From Cyanidioschyzon merolae (taxonomy: Eukaryota): DNA of 64,000 nt. The DNA lies in the NCBI GenBank assembly GCA_000091205.1, contig AP006484.2. One strand, given 5' to 3'. Each line of letters opens with the position of its first letter. Position 1 is the first letter of the stretch. Below, in pieces: positions 1 to 11,607 of the stretch. The notes below the pieces were generated by a model that saw only the letters and a list, made by a program, of their open reading frames with translations, was not told the DNA's origin and did not search any database. The position numbers were made by a program, and so were the translations under genes.

Positions 1-606
1 TCGTTGCAGCGGTATCGATCGTTGAACGCCAAAGCTACAGAGAACACTGCGTTCAACAGCACCCAGTTGTTGACCTCGTTCTAGCACGACTTGACCGAAA
101 GCGACGTCGTCGCCTTGGTGGCGCACCTCGGAGCCGGCTGGAACGCTGTAACCGGATGCAACCAGAATATGGAAAGACTCAAACGGTTCGTCTGAGCTTT
201 TCGGGGCGCTTCCTGATGTCTCGTTCTCAAGCACCTGCACCTGCTCGACAGGAACGACAGCGTCTGCCCCTGGTGGTAGCGGAGCTCCCGTGGTGATGTA
301 CCTGCAGGTGCCCGCAGCGAGGCCGTCGACCTTTGGTGTTACCTGCCCAGCCACCTGACAACCTATACAGCGCAGTGTTCGGCTCGAAAGCAAGTCTTGA
401 CTACGGACAGCGTATCCGTCCTTTAGTGCCATATCAAAGCGTGGTACCGGCCAGGGAGCGGTGATAGCGTCCGCCAAAACTGCCGTTCCCGACTGCAGTG
501 CGGCATCATCCCAGTTTGCGAGAACGGGTCCAGCTTGCTGCAGTCGTTCCGCCAAGGCAAGTGCCACTTCTTGGACAGTTCTCCAGGCCTCCTCCATCGA
601 TACCAT
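1..606 (-). CDS. Molybdopterin molybdenumtransferase (MoeA / Cnx1 E-domain), N-terminal part. The gene continues beyond the window start. The start codon is uncertain: in-frame ATGs at 606, 598, 642 and 660.
   Basis: My own minus-strand translation of bases 1-606 gives MVSMEEAWRTVQEVALALAE...PRFDMALKDGYAVRSQDL...ITTGAPLPPGADAVVPVEQV.... The motifs 'D-GYAVR' and 'TGAPLP-GADAVV-VE' are the conserved MoeA N-terminal signature. The ORF is missing from the supplied track, probably because it runs off the window edge. Confidence 0.6.
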   Translation of the reverse strand, partial: MVSMEEAWRTVQEVALALAERLQQAGPVLANWDDAALQSGTAVLADAITAPWPVPRFDMALKDGYAVRSQDLLSSRTLRCIGCQVAGQVTPKVDGLAAGTCRYITTGAPLPPGADAVVPVEQVQVLENETSGSAPKSSDEPFESFHILVASGYSVPAGSEVRHQGDDVAFGQVVLERGQQLGAVERSVLCSFGVQRSIPLQR

Positions 607-3027
607 GGGGTACGGTGACTGACCCTGCCGTCGATCTTGCATCTGGAAGAGGCGTTGCATACAAGTCCAAGAAAATGCCGTGGGCACGTGCTGTGCGGTT
701 GCAGGTCGCCGGCGACGCCTCACAGGTGTCGCGTGAAAACGGAACACTGAACGAACTACCCTAAGTGTGCCTTGTGATGTCGGGGGAATTTTCTCATGCG
801 TACCGTCTTGACATTCGACGTGGAGGAGTCAAGAATTATTGTGGATGCGTACGTCGTTTTAGGATTCTGGATTGTCTTTTGGGAGCTGCTGTTTAGACTC
901 TTGGATACTGACATTCGTACAATCAACGGTATCAAGACAGTTCGTGAAGCGCTCGAACAAGGATTCCTAACGTGCATGGAATCGCTGTCCAATGCATAGG
1001 GGCAGGCTTCTATGCTTCTCGCCTCCTTACGTATGGAACGTTCAAATCCCGGATTCTTCAAACTTCGATCGTTCTGGTGCAAGGCAACGCCTGGGTACAG
1101 TGTTTGGTGCTACTGAAATGCCGAGGAGAAATACTCGACAGCATCCTTCGGCGACTTGATGGCAAGCTCTTGCGAAACGCTTCCCGTACTTTGCACGCCA
1201 AAAAATGAGTTTCGTAACCAAGCCAAATCACCATATCTTTGTAGGCGGAAACAGAACAAGACTCGACAGCTGCATGGTACCGCGTTAGAGGTTCGCTACC
1301 AGAGACTCCGACTCTTCGGTTTGCGTAGACGGAGGTCCTAGATTTGGACCTGAATCCTAGCAGCAAGCTCTTTCAGCGCAAAGGTTGTGACTGCTTTGCG
1401 TGAAGGGATCGTGAACGGATCGAAGTTTCTCGACTTGCTCTCCAGCATGGATTTTGCTTCCAGTACTCGTCTCGTCATGGACAGCATCGCATTCGATATA
1501 TCTTCAATAGCCTAGAAGTGCGGATATCTGCGTGTTCGGCAGCCAATGTACTCACCGTGGACTTTGCCCCGCAGAAGCCCGCGATTCCTGTGCACGGCAC
1601 TGGACCATGAAACGGTGGAGGGCATTCACGATAGCCCGGTGAACCGATCGAGTAGATGAACCGAGCGATACACCAAGCGTTTATGCTCCAGGAGCGGTCT
1701 TCAGACGAGGAAAAATAGGTAGTCATGGTGCGTTATGGTGCACTCCTAAGGAGATACCGCACCATAGCAAATAGTCGGCGCTATCAAGGGCGCTCCGATG
1801 CTGTAAACAAAGAGAATGAACATGGCAAGAAAAGTCGAGAATGCATTCGCTCATAGCCCTCCTGATCATGCTATGCGCGGACAACAGCCAGAGGCGACGA
1901 CATGGTGTCATGAAGCCTGCCATCAACGTCCTCCAAGTGATGCAAACCGAACTGAAGAGACAGGAGACACCCACGAGATTCAAGCCGGAGGTACGAGAGC
2001 TCCGAAGAAAGCAGTCGCAGAAAAAAGATCGCAAAGGCTACCACGAGCACCAGCTGGTAAAAGCTGCAAACTTCACTATGTACACTCGAGTTCGCTAGGT
2101 GTGCGCCCGTCCCACTTTTATTCTACAAGTGTCATAAGCGCGCTTGGACTCAAGTATCCCGGAGAATACAGGACGCAAGATATGAACCGAGTTCTATGGA
2201 TTCCATCGAATCAGGAAAACTCCAGGTCTGTTCAGGCTCAACGATCTACCGGCACAGCGGACACTATAGCTTAACTCCTTTCCGCCGATCCAAAAGCGTG
2301 CAGGAGACAACAACAACAACAACTAGAGCAACAACGCTACCCGACTTTCTATCCCTGGTGCCGTACGCTGCACTGCAGCGCTTTGAGCGGCGTTCCGTTC
2401 AGTGACGTTACCAAGCGCGTTTCGCACCTGCTTTCTTTCCGCTATCGTACTTGTCGGGTACGCTCATAACATTGACTAGGTGCACATTGAACATACTCGG
2501 GTTCCCGCGGAACCCTTCGAAAGGCTTCGCTTTGAAGACAGCGTGCAAGCGAGCCGCAGCTCGAAGAACAGGATCCGTAGCTGCTCGAAGCGAGCACACC
2601 TAGTCCGCTATTCCGCTTAGGCTTGGATAGCTATCGAGTCGTCGTTCGCGTTCGGGTGGAGTCTGTGGGACCAGGAGACCTCCGGCGCTAGTTTAGGTCT
2701 GGTCTCGAACAGGTACTGTGCATATATTTGTCTTGGAGTCCGAATAAGCCGGTGTGTCGTACGACTTTAGAAACTCCGAGACCTACCATTGTTGACGGGT
2801 GGGTGTACGGCGGCTGGTGCCTAGTTGTGCTTAGGAATCGTCAACAAGCGCATCGGAGGTCAAGTTTCTTGCACGCTGTCACAAGACTCGCTGCCCAGGG
2901 GTCTCTTCACGGCACACGGCGGCTCGAAGGAGCGTTTCGTGAACCAGAGAGAACGCGGCTTCTGTGGCTGCGTTTTTAGAGACGCCTGCTCGCCGACTCT
3001 ATTCCAAGTGACCCCGAGAGCACCGCT

Positions 3028-6000
3028 ATGGAGCCCGTTGAACACACAAACAGCAGCGAGGTATCCGCTGCCGCTAGAGCGACCCAAGATCACAACGACG
3101 AACGAGAGGGAGCACCAGTGAGCGGGGCGGTGGTTCCTGCGGAAGCTGATCCGCTATCCCATCTAGTGCAGGAACAGAGTGCCCTACAAGCGCTGCACAA
3201 ACGGGCGCCCCGAATCATGGACGACCCGGATTTCGAAGGGGAATCCCGTGACCCAGTGCTCCAGGTTGACAAAGATGACGAAGGTCCACGACCAGCAGCC
3301 GCTGAGCCTACAACGCTCCAGCGTGTCGCAACCACGTCGGACGAAAGCATACTGGGAAACGCTTCACCGGCCAGCGAGCGCGGACTTGTTTCAGACACAT
3401 TGCCACATGCAACAGATGCAGACGTGACCGATGAATGGGCTCGTCGCCGCAAACGTACGCGTTCGAGTCCAGAACTCGCCGAGGGTGATATCGAACTCCT
3501 GCGTGAAGCCGGTGTTGTGATTCCAGAGCGACAGTTGCATCCAGGAGGTCGTCGGTCTCGCCGGCGTCGACGACTTCGCCAGGCCGCAGACCTGGAGATG
3601 ACCTCTGAGAACGACGATGACGAAAACGACAAGATCGAGGCTTCCCCTGATACGACCTCCGTAGCACCGTTTGGCATGATTGGCGACAGAGACGAAGCCG
3701 ATAGAGCTGCAGGCGCTGTGGACGCTCAAAAGTTCACGTCTGTCGGAGAAAAGCAAGCGTCGTTGCCTGCTAGTCCTCATCAAGCAGCGAATGCCACGGT
3801 GGGTGCTTCAGGCCTGGGTGCCGGCATCGGCGGCACCGATGATCAGAATCTCGCAGATGAGGCGTCGATCGACCAAAACTCTGAAATAGAGGAAGAAGAA
3901 ATCGGCAGCGACGATGATGAGGATGATTTAGCCGACTTCATTGACTATGGTGATGGGGCAGCTGGGCAACGTCGCCGCCGCCTCGCCCGTGAACGAGCGA
4001 GAGCTGCTTTGCAAGCCTCACTCCGAGGCGGGCGCCTGTCCAGCGAACTGGATCCTTACGCTGCAGCACTGCTGCGAGAGCTCTTCGGTGATGCCGATTC
4101 ACTTGAGAACTACCGCGGAGAGCCGCTTCTCTATCACGATGATCCCGAGCAGATTCGCAAATGGCTCCAGAGAATCGGCGTCAATGATCCACGCGATATT
4201 GAGAACGTCTTGTCGCTGGAGTCGTGGGCAGTACCAGAGCCGTCGTCAGCGGAGGAGGATGCATCGACGGGTGCGGAAGCCTCCAAGAGCGCCGGACACG
4301 AGAGCCTCTCCGTCGAGCAGACAGAGCTGCTCGCGGAAATGTATGCAACGCCTCAGGATGATGCGATTCGTGCACTGGATTTGCCGGAGTACACCCAACT
4401 CTATCACTGCGGGCGGGATCAAGCGGGGAATCCACTCCCTCGCGAGCTCATGGACGAGAGCGATATTCGTTACGAGGCAGAGTGGATCGTCACCAACGGA
4501 CTCGTGGACCTGCTTCGGTCGAGTAGACAGGCGGCTCCAGAGTCATCGCTCGTGGATCAGGTCGCGCATTTGCTGCGCTTCCTGCATCTGGAGCACCTGG
4601 ACATCGCCTTTATCGCCATGTATCGACGAGATTACCTGGAACCCGATCTTCTGCCTCCGCTCGAGCGAGGCACTGGCGAGCAACAAGCTCCAGTGCTGGA
4701 GAGTCCGACACATTTCGTGGGCGACTGGACACGCCTCTGGCGAGTCCTCGACTGGGACCGATACTATTTCCAGTTCCTTCAGCAGAAGCGCCGCCTTATG
4801 GACGTTTATGAGGAACAGGGTGAAGAGGAGCTTTTGCAGCTGGCTACGGCAGCATTCCGCCGTGAGATGCTCCAGGATGTGGAAAAATACGCGCGACTGC
4901 GTCGGGAGCTAGCTCACGGGGACAAGAATGGATCGGCATCAGCGTCAGCAGGTCGTGAAGAGGCTGCAAGTCCCGAGTCGCTGCGTCAGGTGGCAGCAGA
5001 AACTCTGCTGGCGCCCAGCACCGACGCCTACCAGCGACAGGAGCACCGCACCGCAGCTGCAGCTGCGGCGGAAGCGGCAAACGGCAGCATCCACCCTGAA
5101 GTCGGCCTTGATTCCGAAGCTGCTGGTACCGTCTCCGACGACGCAATGGATCAGTTGCAGCAAGCAACCGCTGCAGCTGCTTTGCGACACGCGTCAGACG
5201 ACGAAGAGCACCGGGATGCGGCACCTGTGCACTCGACCGAGACCCTAACGCCAACAATTGGGAATGCCGAGGCCATGCAGCCGCGAGCACGCGCGAAGAA
5301 CAGCAACAGCAGTAGCAGCAACAGTCGTAGCGATTTGCAGCGTACCAACGCTGAGATAGCGACTTCAGCGGAACAACCGGGAACACTGCAGCCTCGACAG
5401 GTGCACCCGCAAGCCCCTGGTCGTCGCAGGGCTGGTCGCACTCCGTCGCGTCGTGATGCGCTTCATGTGGCGATATCCTGGGTTGTTGCACACCAGCTCG
5501 ATGTAGAGGCGCTCTATGGCATCAAGGCTGCCGATTTGGCCTCCAACGTGCTCTCGGGTGGCAGTCTCATCACCGAACCTGCTGATCATCCAAACAAGCC
5601 GTCGCTCGAAGAACTGCTTCGATCTACTGATGTTACCGAGAGCACTGCTGCCGTCGGTATCGAACGGTATCTGCGCTACGTTCGTCAGGTAGCTGGGGCG
5701 CTTTATGCGGCACACCCGCGCCTTCGGCACTTTACCCGGACGCGTCTGCGCGAAAAGGCGCACCTCACCGTGAAACCGAGTGCGCGTGCCCTCCAAGACC
5801 TCGATATACTGGATCCTTTGCGTCCGTACTGTTCAGTGGAAGCGCTACCGGTTGCAGCCCTGGACCCAGCAGAAATGGCTCGTTTCATTTACGCTGAACG
5901 CCTTGGCCTGGTGGAGCACATGGAATGCTCGCTAGCGGCGCCTGATGAAGCGGAGCTCGAGTCCATCCTGGAACGCGCGCTCCTCAGCGACAAGTTGTAC

Positions 6001-6443
6001 GAGTCGGCACAAGTCTGGAATGCTGCACGCCGGCAGATGCTCACCGAGCAACTGCTGCGGGTATGGTTGCTACCGCCGCTGCTCGCGGAACTGCTCGAGT
6101 GTCTACGCGAGGAAGCGCGAGGTGCTTGTGCGCTCGCGGCAGTCAGCGCCCTGGAACAGCAACTCGTCATCGGTGGCGCGAGTCCCAGCAGTGCATCGAC
6201 AAACGCACATGAACCTGGTGCGTTCGGTGTCCTCTCTGGTACCGCTGCTGGTGGTGTGCTCGCGTTTGTAGTCTCCGACGAGTCCGAGTACCCGACGACA
6301 CGCTCTCGTTGGATCTTTGGTGTTGCCCTCGATGCCTACGGCCAAGTGCTGGACACGCTGCGTCTGGGTTGCCATGGCTGGCTGCCCGGCGACGAGCGGC
6401 TCTTAGGGCAACTGGTTGCAGCGCAACAGGCAAAAAGTGGTGG

Positions 6444-6477
<34 letters not shown>

Positions 6478-6919
6478 GCGGGCGCTTCAGCGTTGGAGAT
6501 GCCGCCGCAGGTGCGCTCGCGACTGGAACGCTTCCTCCAGCGTCATCCGCACCGGCAATGTGTCGCTATTGGGGTCGCTTCTGGGAGTCCTATTGGCGTG
6601 AATGCGGCAAGTCTCTGGCTCTACGAATGGATACGCGGAATAGAGCAGCGTCTCGGTAGCAGGCGTGAGCAGGCGGTTGGGCGTCAGCCGCATGTGCTGC
6701 GTATCGACGATGATGCTGCTCGCCTGTACGCGAAAACGAAGACTCTGAGCGCTTCACTCGGAGGCATGGTGCCTCCCGAGTGCGACGGTCTGCCCTTGCG
6801 ACGGGCTGTTGGTGTAGCGCGACTCTGTCAGGAACCGCTGGCGGTGTATGCAGCGATTGCAACAGAGGCATCCCTGGGTGCATTGCTGCGCCTCACTGTG
6901 CGCTGTCGTCCGCAACACC

Positions 6920-6953
<34 letters not shown>

Positions 6954-9369
6954 GATGCTGGATTCTACCCGCCGTACGGATGAAACTGGTGATACCACGG
7001 CTACGGCGGACGCTGCAGGCCATGACGCTACAAGCTGGCAGCAAGTCACGGACCCGAGTCTGCATACACAACTGGACCTTGGCCTCGATGGCATGGTGAC
7101 CTCGCCCAGTGATCGTCTGCTGGTCGTGGAACGAGCACTGCGTCATGCGGTCGCCTCACTGGGCCTCGACCTGAACCTCTTGTTGCGCTATCGTCATCTG
7201 CAACCTCTGATGGCGTTTGCGCCCGGCCTTGGGGTTCGCAAAGCATCCCTTTTCATCCAGACGCTGCGAAACCAGTTTTCCAGGGGCGCCACACGACCCC
7301 CAAGCGTCCCGTCACGTCAGGCAGTATTGCGCAGCAAGGCAGCGACTCGGCGGGTGCTCGACTCGCTCATAGCGTATCTGAGGGTTTCGAGCGGGATCCA
7401 CGGGACGACTAGCGGCGGTCCAGGCGCCACAGGCGAAGCGTCGACGACACTTCAGGGTGCTTCGGCGGCAGCGTATGCACGTGAACGACTTGCCCAGTGG
7501 AGACGACGTGCTTCCAGCGTCGATGTGTCGACCTGGCGACCACTAGACGAGACCCGCATCCACCCGGTAGACGAACCGCTGGCGATGAAGATCGTTGTGG
7601 AGTCGTTGCGGGAGCACGATCCACGGTACTGGAATGCAGAGCGTTTAGCGTCGACGCCTGCAGCGGTGTTGGTGTTGCATTTGTTGGAGCATCCCGAAGC
7701 GATCGAGGAGCTCGACTTGCCCGGCTACGCAGCGCACCTGGAACAGGCTGGACACGGTCGTAAGCGGCACATTCTATTCCTGATTGCGAATGAGTTTTAC
7801 CGACCATTTGCGGATTGGCGTCGGACGCGCTCCTCGTTACAAGGCAAAGCGCTCTTCTATGCCTGCACCGACCTGGATGAGTGCCTGTTTGGCTATGGAA
7901 CGCGGGTGCACGCCTTTGACGGACGTCCTGTAGAGCGCGGTAGCGCTTGGCGTTGTCGTGTGGTTCCCGCAACCGCCTCGGTTGCCAGCGACTGGCTTCC
8001 TGGTCGTCTGGAGGCAGCACAAGTGCCGGCAGTCTGGCGACAAGTCCGCCAGGCAGCGACATGGGGCAGCATGTGGCCTGCTTCTGTGCATGCACGGGCG
8101 GAGGAGCGCTACTTCGGAACGCCCTCGGTTGCTGCCCTGGGGCAAGTGCCGCTCTTACCGCTTCGCGTTAAGGCTGTGGACGGAGAGGCGCTCCAGGTGC
8201 AGCTCATGGCGCTGGAGCCGTTACCAGCCGAGCTTGCGTGGTTGGCGGAGCGAATGGCGCACCTGCCGGGTCGAGTGCCGCTGGAGTCGGTGTCGCGAAG
8301 CGCGCCTCCTGGTACCACCGCAGGCACTGCAGGTGTTGACGCTTTTAACACATCGAGTGCTGCTGCTGCTGCTGCTGCTGCTACGAATCATTTGTCCTCT
8401 TCGACGCTGCTATCCCAAAGAGCATCACGTGTGCTTCCCACGGGCCTGTTGCGCCATCCTGCGTACCGTGCGCTTAGTGGGCGTCAGGTGGTGCAGGAGC
8501 TTGCCCAAGCGCCGCCTGGCACCGTCTATTATCGTCCCTGTTCCCGCGATGCCCAAGCGGTATGTGCTTCGTTCAAAATCCACGACGAGGCGCCCATTGT
8601 GCACTTGGACTTGTTGGTGGTGGAGTCTGTGGGGTCCGGTTCCGGTGCGGTTGCCGGAAACGCCACTGGTGCTAGTGCTGGTGCTGCTCCTGCTGCTGCT
8701 GGTAGTGGCGAGCACGTCACACAGCAGTGGCAGCTGCGTCTGGATGCGGAGCTCTTCGACGACTTGGACGAGGTTTTTGCACGCTATATTGAACCGATTG
8801 TTCAGCTCGCCTGGAGAGCGACGCAGCATCCCAAGTTTATGCTTGTTGGTGAACACGACAACGCTGCGGCGGCTACCACGGCACTGGAAGCCTTACTACG
8901 GCAAGAGAAGGCCAAAGCTCCCAGCACCATCCCCTATCGACTCGCGTTTTGTCGACATCGTCCAGCGCATTTGGTGTTTGCGTATCTACCGGGTCGAGCG
9001 ACTGTGCTGTACGAGCCCATTACCCTCACCCCAACAGGTTACCGACTTCGTGATCAGGTGTTCTCGTCAGTTGATGACTTGGTCAGCTGGTTCAAACGCA
9101 ACTGGCAGCGTTTGTTGCGTTCGCAAACCGGACCACCGCGACAACAAGCGACAGAGGCTGATTCAGATGCGGTGCTGGCGTCACTGGGAGCAGGAGCAGT
9201 TGCCGTGGGTGCATCGGCTGGAAACCGTTACCAGAGCGAGGCCTCTGCTGCGTACGGGGCGCAAGTTGGTGTCGACCAACGGGTACCTGTTGTGGGTTCT
9301 TTGGTGCAACTCGCGCAGCGAGCCCTTGAGCGTTCCGGAGCGGGCACTGGTCGGCATGCACCGCGTTAA
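3028..9369 (+). CDS. SPT6: Transcription elongation factor SPT6 homologue (2113 aa) with large low-complexity insertions
   Basis: Single 6.3-kb ORF. The N-terminus is acidic (EIEEEEIGSDDDEDDLADF). A YqgF/Tex-like core region is present (WIFGVALDAYGQVLDT). The C-terminal tandem SH2 starts with the SPT6-typical HPAYRALSGRQVVQELAQAPPGTVYYRPCSRD (compare HPxF...SxxQAExxL...IRPSSKG). Poly-A, poly-Q (12 Q) and Ala/Ser-rich insertions account for the length. Confidence 0.8.
6918..6953 (+). repeat. (CAA)n trinucleotide microsatellite encoding the poly-Q tract inside SPT6. Nearby GCT/GCC tracts at 6448-6477 and 8357-8383 encode poly-A.
   Basis: Perfect caa x12 is visible in the sequence. Confidence 0.9.
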
Positions 9370-10254
9370 GGAGTGTGGAAAAGCGGGTTCCAGGGCTCGG
9401 CGTAGGCGGTTACCCCGGTGCTTATCCAAAGCGTACAGTGAGATAGGTTTTTATTCTAGCTGCGATGCGAGCATCGATTCCATAGCACAATAGCATTGCG
9501 TGGAAGCACGGGGCGAACTGTATCCATGGGAGCCTCTCGAACCGGAACCTGGTGTACTATGCTATGGATGCTAGCCTTGGATTCGTCTAGCTTTCAACGC
9601 ATATCTCAACGCGCATGGCATTGGTACGTTCCAGGCCGATGGTATGGATCCTGGCCTTGGATGTGTGTATCGCTTTTACCATAGGAATAGAAACTTTTTG
9701 CGCAAGTACTTGCAGTCCGACGTTCTCGTGCATGAGCGACACCCGTTTCAGATTCAAATGGAGCACTGAACTGTTCGGTGTGTTCCAGTATTTCGATAAT
9801 TTGCCAGTTATCTTCCGAGGTACAATCGCGACGCAGCAAGTGCATCAATATCGGGGACCAACGGCTTCATATGTCGTTTCTGGCAATCCAGGCGCCATTT
9901 CGGAGTGACTCATTCGACGCTCCGTCACTGGAATTTATTGCTTCTCCGGAATCAAGCGAAATAGCGACGCCATGGAGAAAAGGTTCGTAAAGTAACAGGT
10001 ATCATGATGCAATGAATAGGGGCCTGGCTTCCACGCTTCCCCTTGTGTGCACAATGCCGAAAGTATGTGTGCTTCAACTTTCCGATCTTTGTATTCAATG
10101 ACAACGGGGATGCATGGCAACACAGATTGCCGAATAAGCGACACGTAAGCCTCGACGTCGTGCCTTGGCGACTTCCGCAAAAATTCATACGGATCATTCA
10201 CCGAACATGTCACGTTAAATCATGGATTCCGTTTGACTGACACATGCTCCTTTC

Positions 10255-10560
10255 ATGTACGAAACGCCAATTCATTGCGGCAGGGTACCTCACACACGAG
10301 GTGTGCGCTCAGAGGACCGAGCGCCATCCATTTGCATCGCAAGGTATCTTGGACTCCGACTCTAGTCATCGTAGCGATCGCTTCGAGTGGAGGTTGGATC
10401 GACGCCTGGCAGGACGGCTGCGTCGACGCATCCTCTTTGCTTGCACGGGACGCCTCCTGGGATATTCCCTCGGGCACTTGATTCATCATGGACGACTTCA
10501 CGGCGTTCTGCAAATTCTCTGTCGAATACGACACTGTGCGCTTGTACAAGCAGCGCACAG
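10255..10560. repeat. Dispersed repeat family C, copy 1. It is homologous to 41210-41470 at about 65-70% identity.
   Basis: Shared blocks include ccatttgcatcgcaaggtatcttggactccgactctagtcatcgtagcgatcgc versus ccatttgcacggagcagggtcttggattcggactcgagtcatcgcagcgatcgc. Further shared blocks lie downstream (cctgggatattccctcgggcacttgattcatcatgg / cctggattctcctgccggtgcttggttcatcataaac). The overlapping ORFs on the two copies do not align collinearly as proteins, so this looks like a DNA-level repeat. Confidence 0.7.
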
Positions 10561-11149
10561 TGTACGCTCCGAGCGGATCACCCAGAAGAGGCCCGTCATC
10601 ATCGAGTACAACACGCCGTGCGGAAACAGAGGCGAGCATCGACGAGGAGCCCTCTGTACCCGTCATGGGCGTGTACCGAGCAATAAAGCAAGAGCTCACG
10701 TGCAAAGTGACGGCGCTCAGCGTAGAACGTGTGGTGGAAATAGCTGTACAATGAATCGCAGTCACGTATAATACCGCTGTGAGAAGCGCATCGAAGCTGT
10801 CGACAAACAACATGAAAATGACATGCAAAGCATACATCGCTACCTGCGCCTCTTCATGGAATGCATCGACAGGAGCCGAACGTACCAGAAACCAGTATGG
10901 AACGCCATCATCCATATCCTCCTTCGACCGCTGTCAACAGACCTATCAGGCCAAAAGACACGCGCTTCGTTCAAACCGAAGATATGGAAAGAGAGGGCGC
11001 GTTCGAACGAACGCTGTCACACGAGTATCCCACCAAACCTATTATCGATGACATTGGAATCAGACCCAAAATTTAAACCCTTGTTGGCGTACCTGAGTTG
11101 CATTCTATGCTATTTCACGGGGCTCGATCCCCGCCAGGCCACGCAGTTG

Positions 11150-11482
11150 ATGTGTTCCGTGGGTGCTCCACGATGCGAACTTGCGCACCAACCGCTGCAC
11201 TCGGGATTGCGCGCTGTTCTCTGTGTGGAGCACGTTCTCGGCATGTCGTCTTCGTGTCGAGAGCTTTTCGAGGAAATGGTTCGGTGTCTTTCGGACTCGG
11301 AGTGTGTGCGTTCGCATCCTGACCCAACGCGAGCACTGAGCGACTGTGCTCGACGCGACGCCGCTGGAGTACCGGACACGTGTCGAGGGACGATTGAGGC
11401 CTACGCAACCTGTCGAAGAGCCCAGATCGATCCTGCTCGTCGGATCATGGGTAATCCAGCAGCTCGTGTCAAGCACGAATAG
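11150..11482 (+). CDS. Possible small twin Cx9C (CHCH-domain) protein. Weak call.
   Basis: A 110-aa reading frame starts at ATG 11150. It contains CRELFEEMVRC (C-x9-C) and CRGTIEAYATC (C-x9-C) about 28 residues apart. No other support; it could be a spurious ORF in GC-rich DNA. Confidence 0.25.
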   Translation: MCSVGAPRCELAHQPLHSGLRAVLCVEHVLGMSSSCRELFEEMVRCLSDSECVRSHPDPTRALSDCARRDAAGVPDTCRGTIEAYATCRRAQIDPARRIMGNPAARVKHE

Positions 11483-11607
11483 CATACGGGAATACGCACA
11501 CAGGTCAGGGCGAAAGAGGCTGCCGGACGTGGCCCCGGTTAGAGCGCAGGCCGTTCGGAGGAGCGCTCGCGTCCTCCGAGCTGGTCCCCGAACCAACGGG
11601 ATCGCGT

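Noticed and set aside
7409-9493. Long ORFs antisense to or overlapping SPT6 (7409-8095 minus, 7958-9493 plus, 8425-8856 minus)
   Set aside because: They are Arg/Ser/Cys/Trp-rich translations typical of off-frame reading of GC-rich coding DNA, and they lie entirely inside the SPT6 ORF.
9540-9670. Local duplication (ctatgctatggatgctagccttggat / ccgatggtatggatcctggccttggat about 90 bp apart)
   Set aside because: Only two short imperfect copies are present. This is too small to call a repeat family, and it lies in the SPT6 3' flank.
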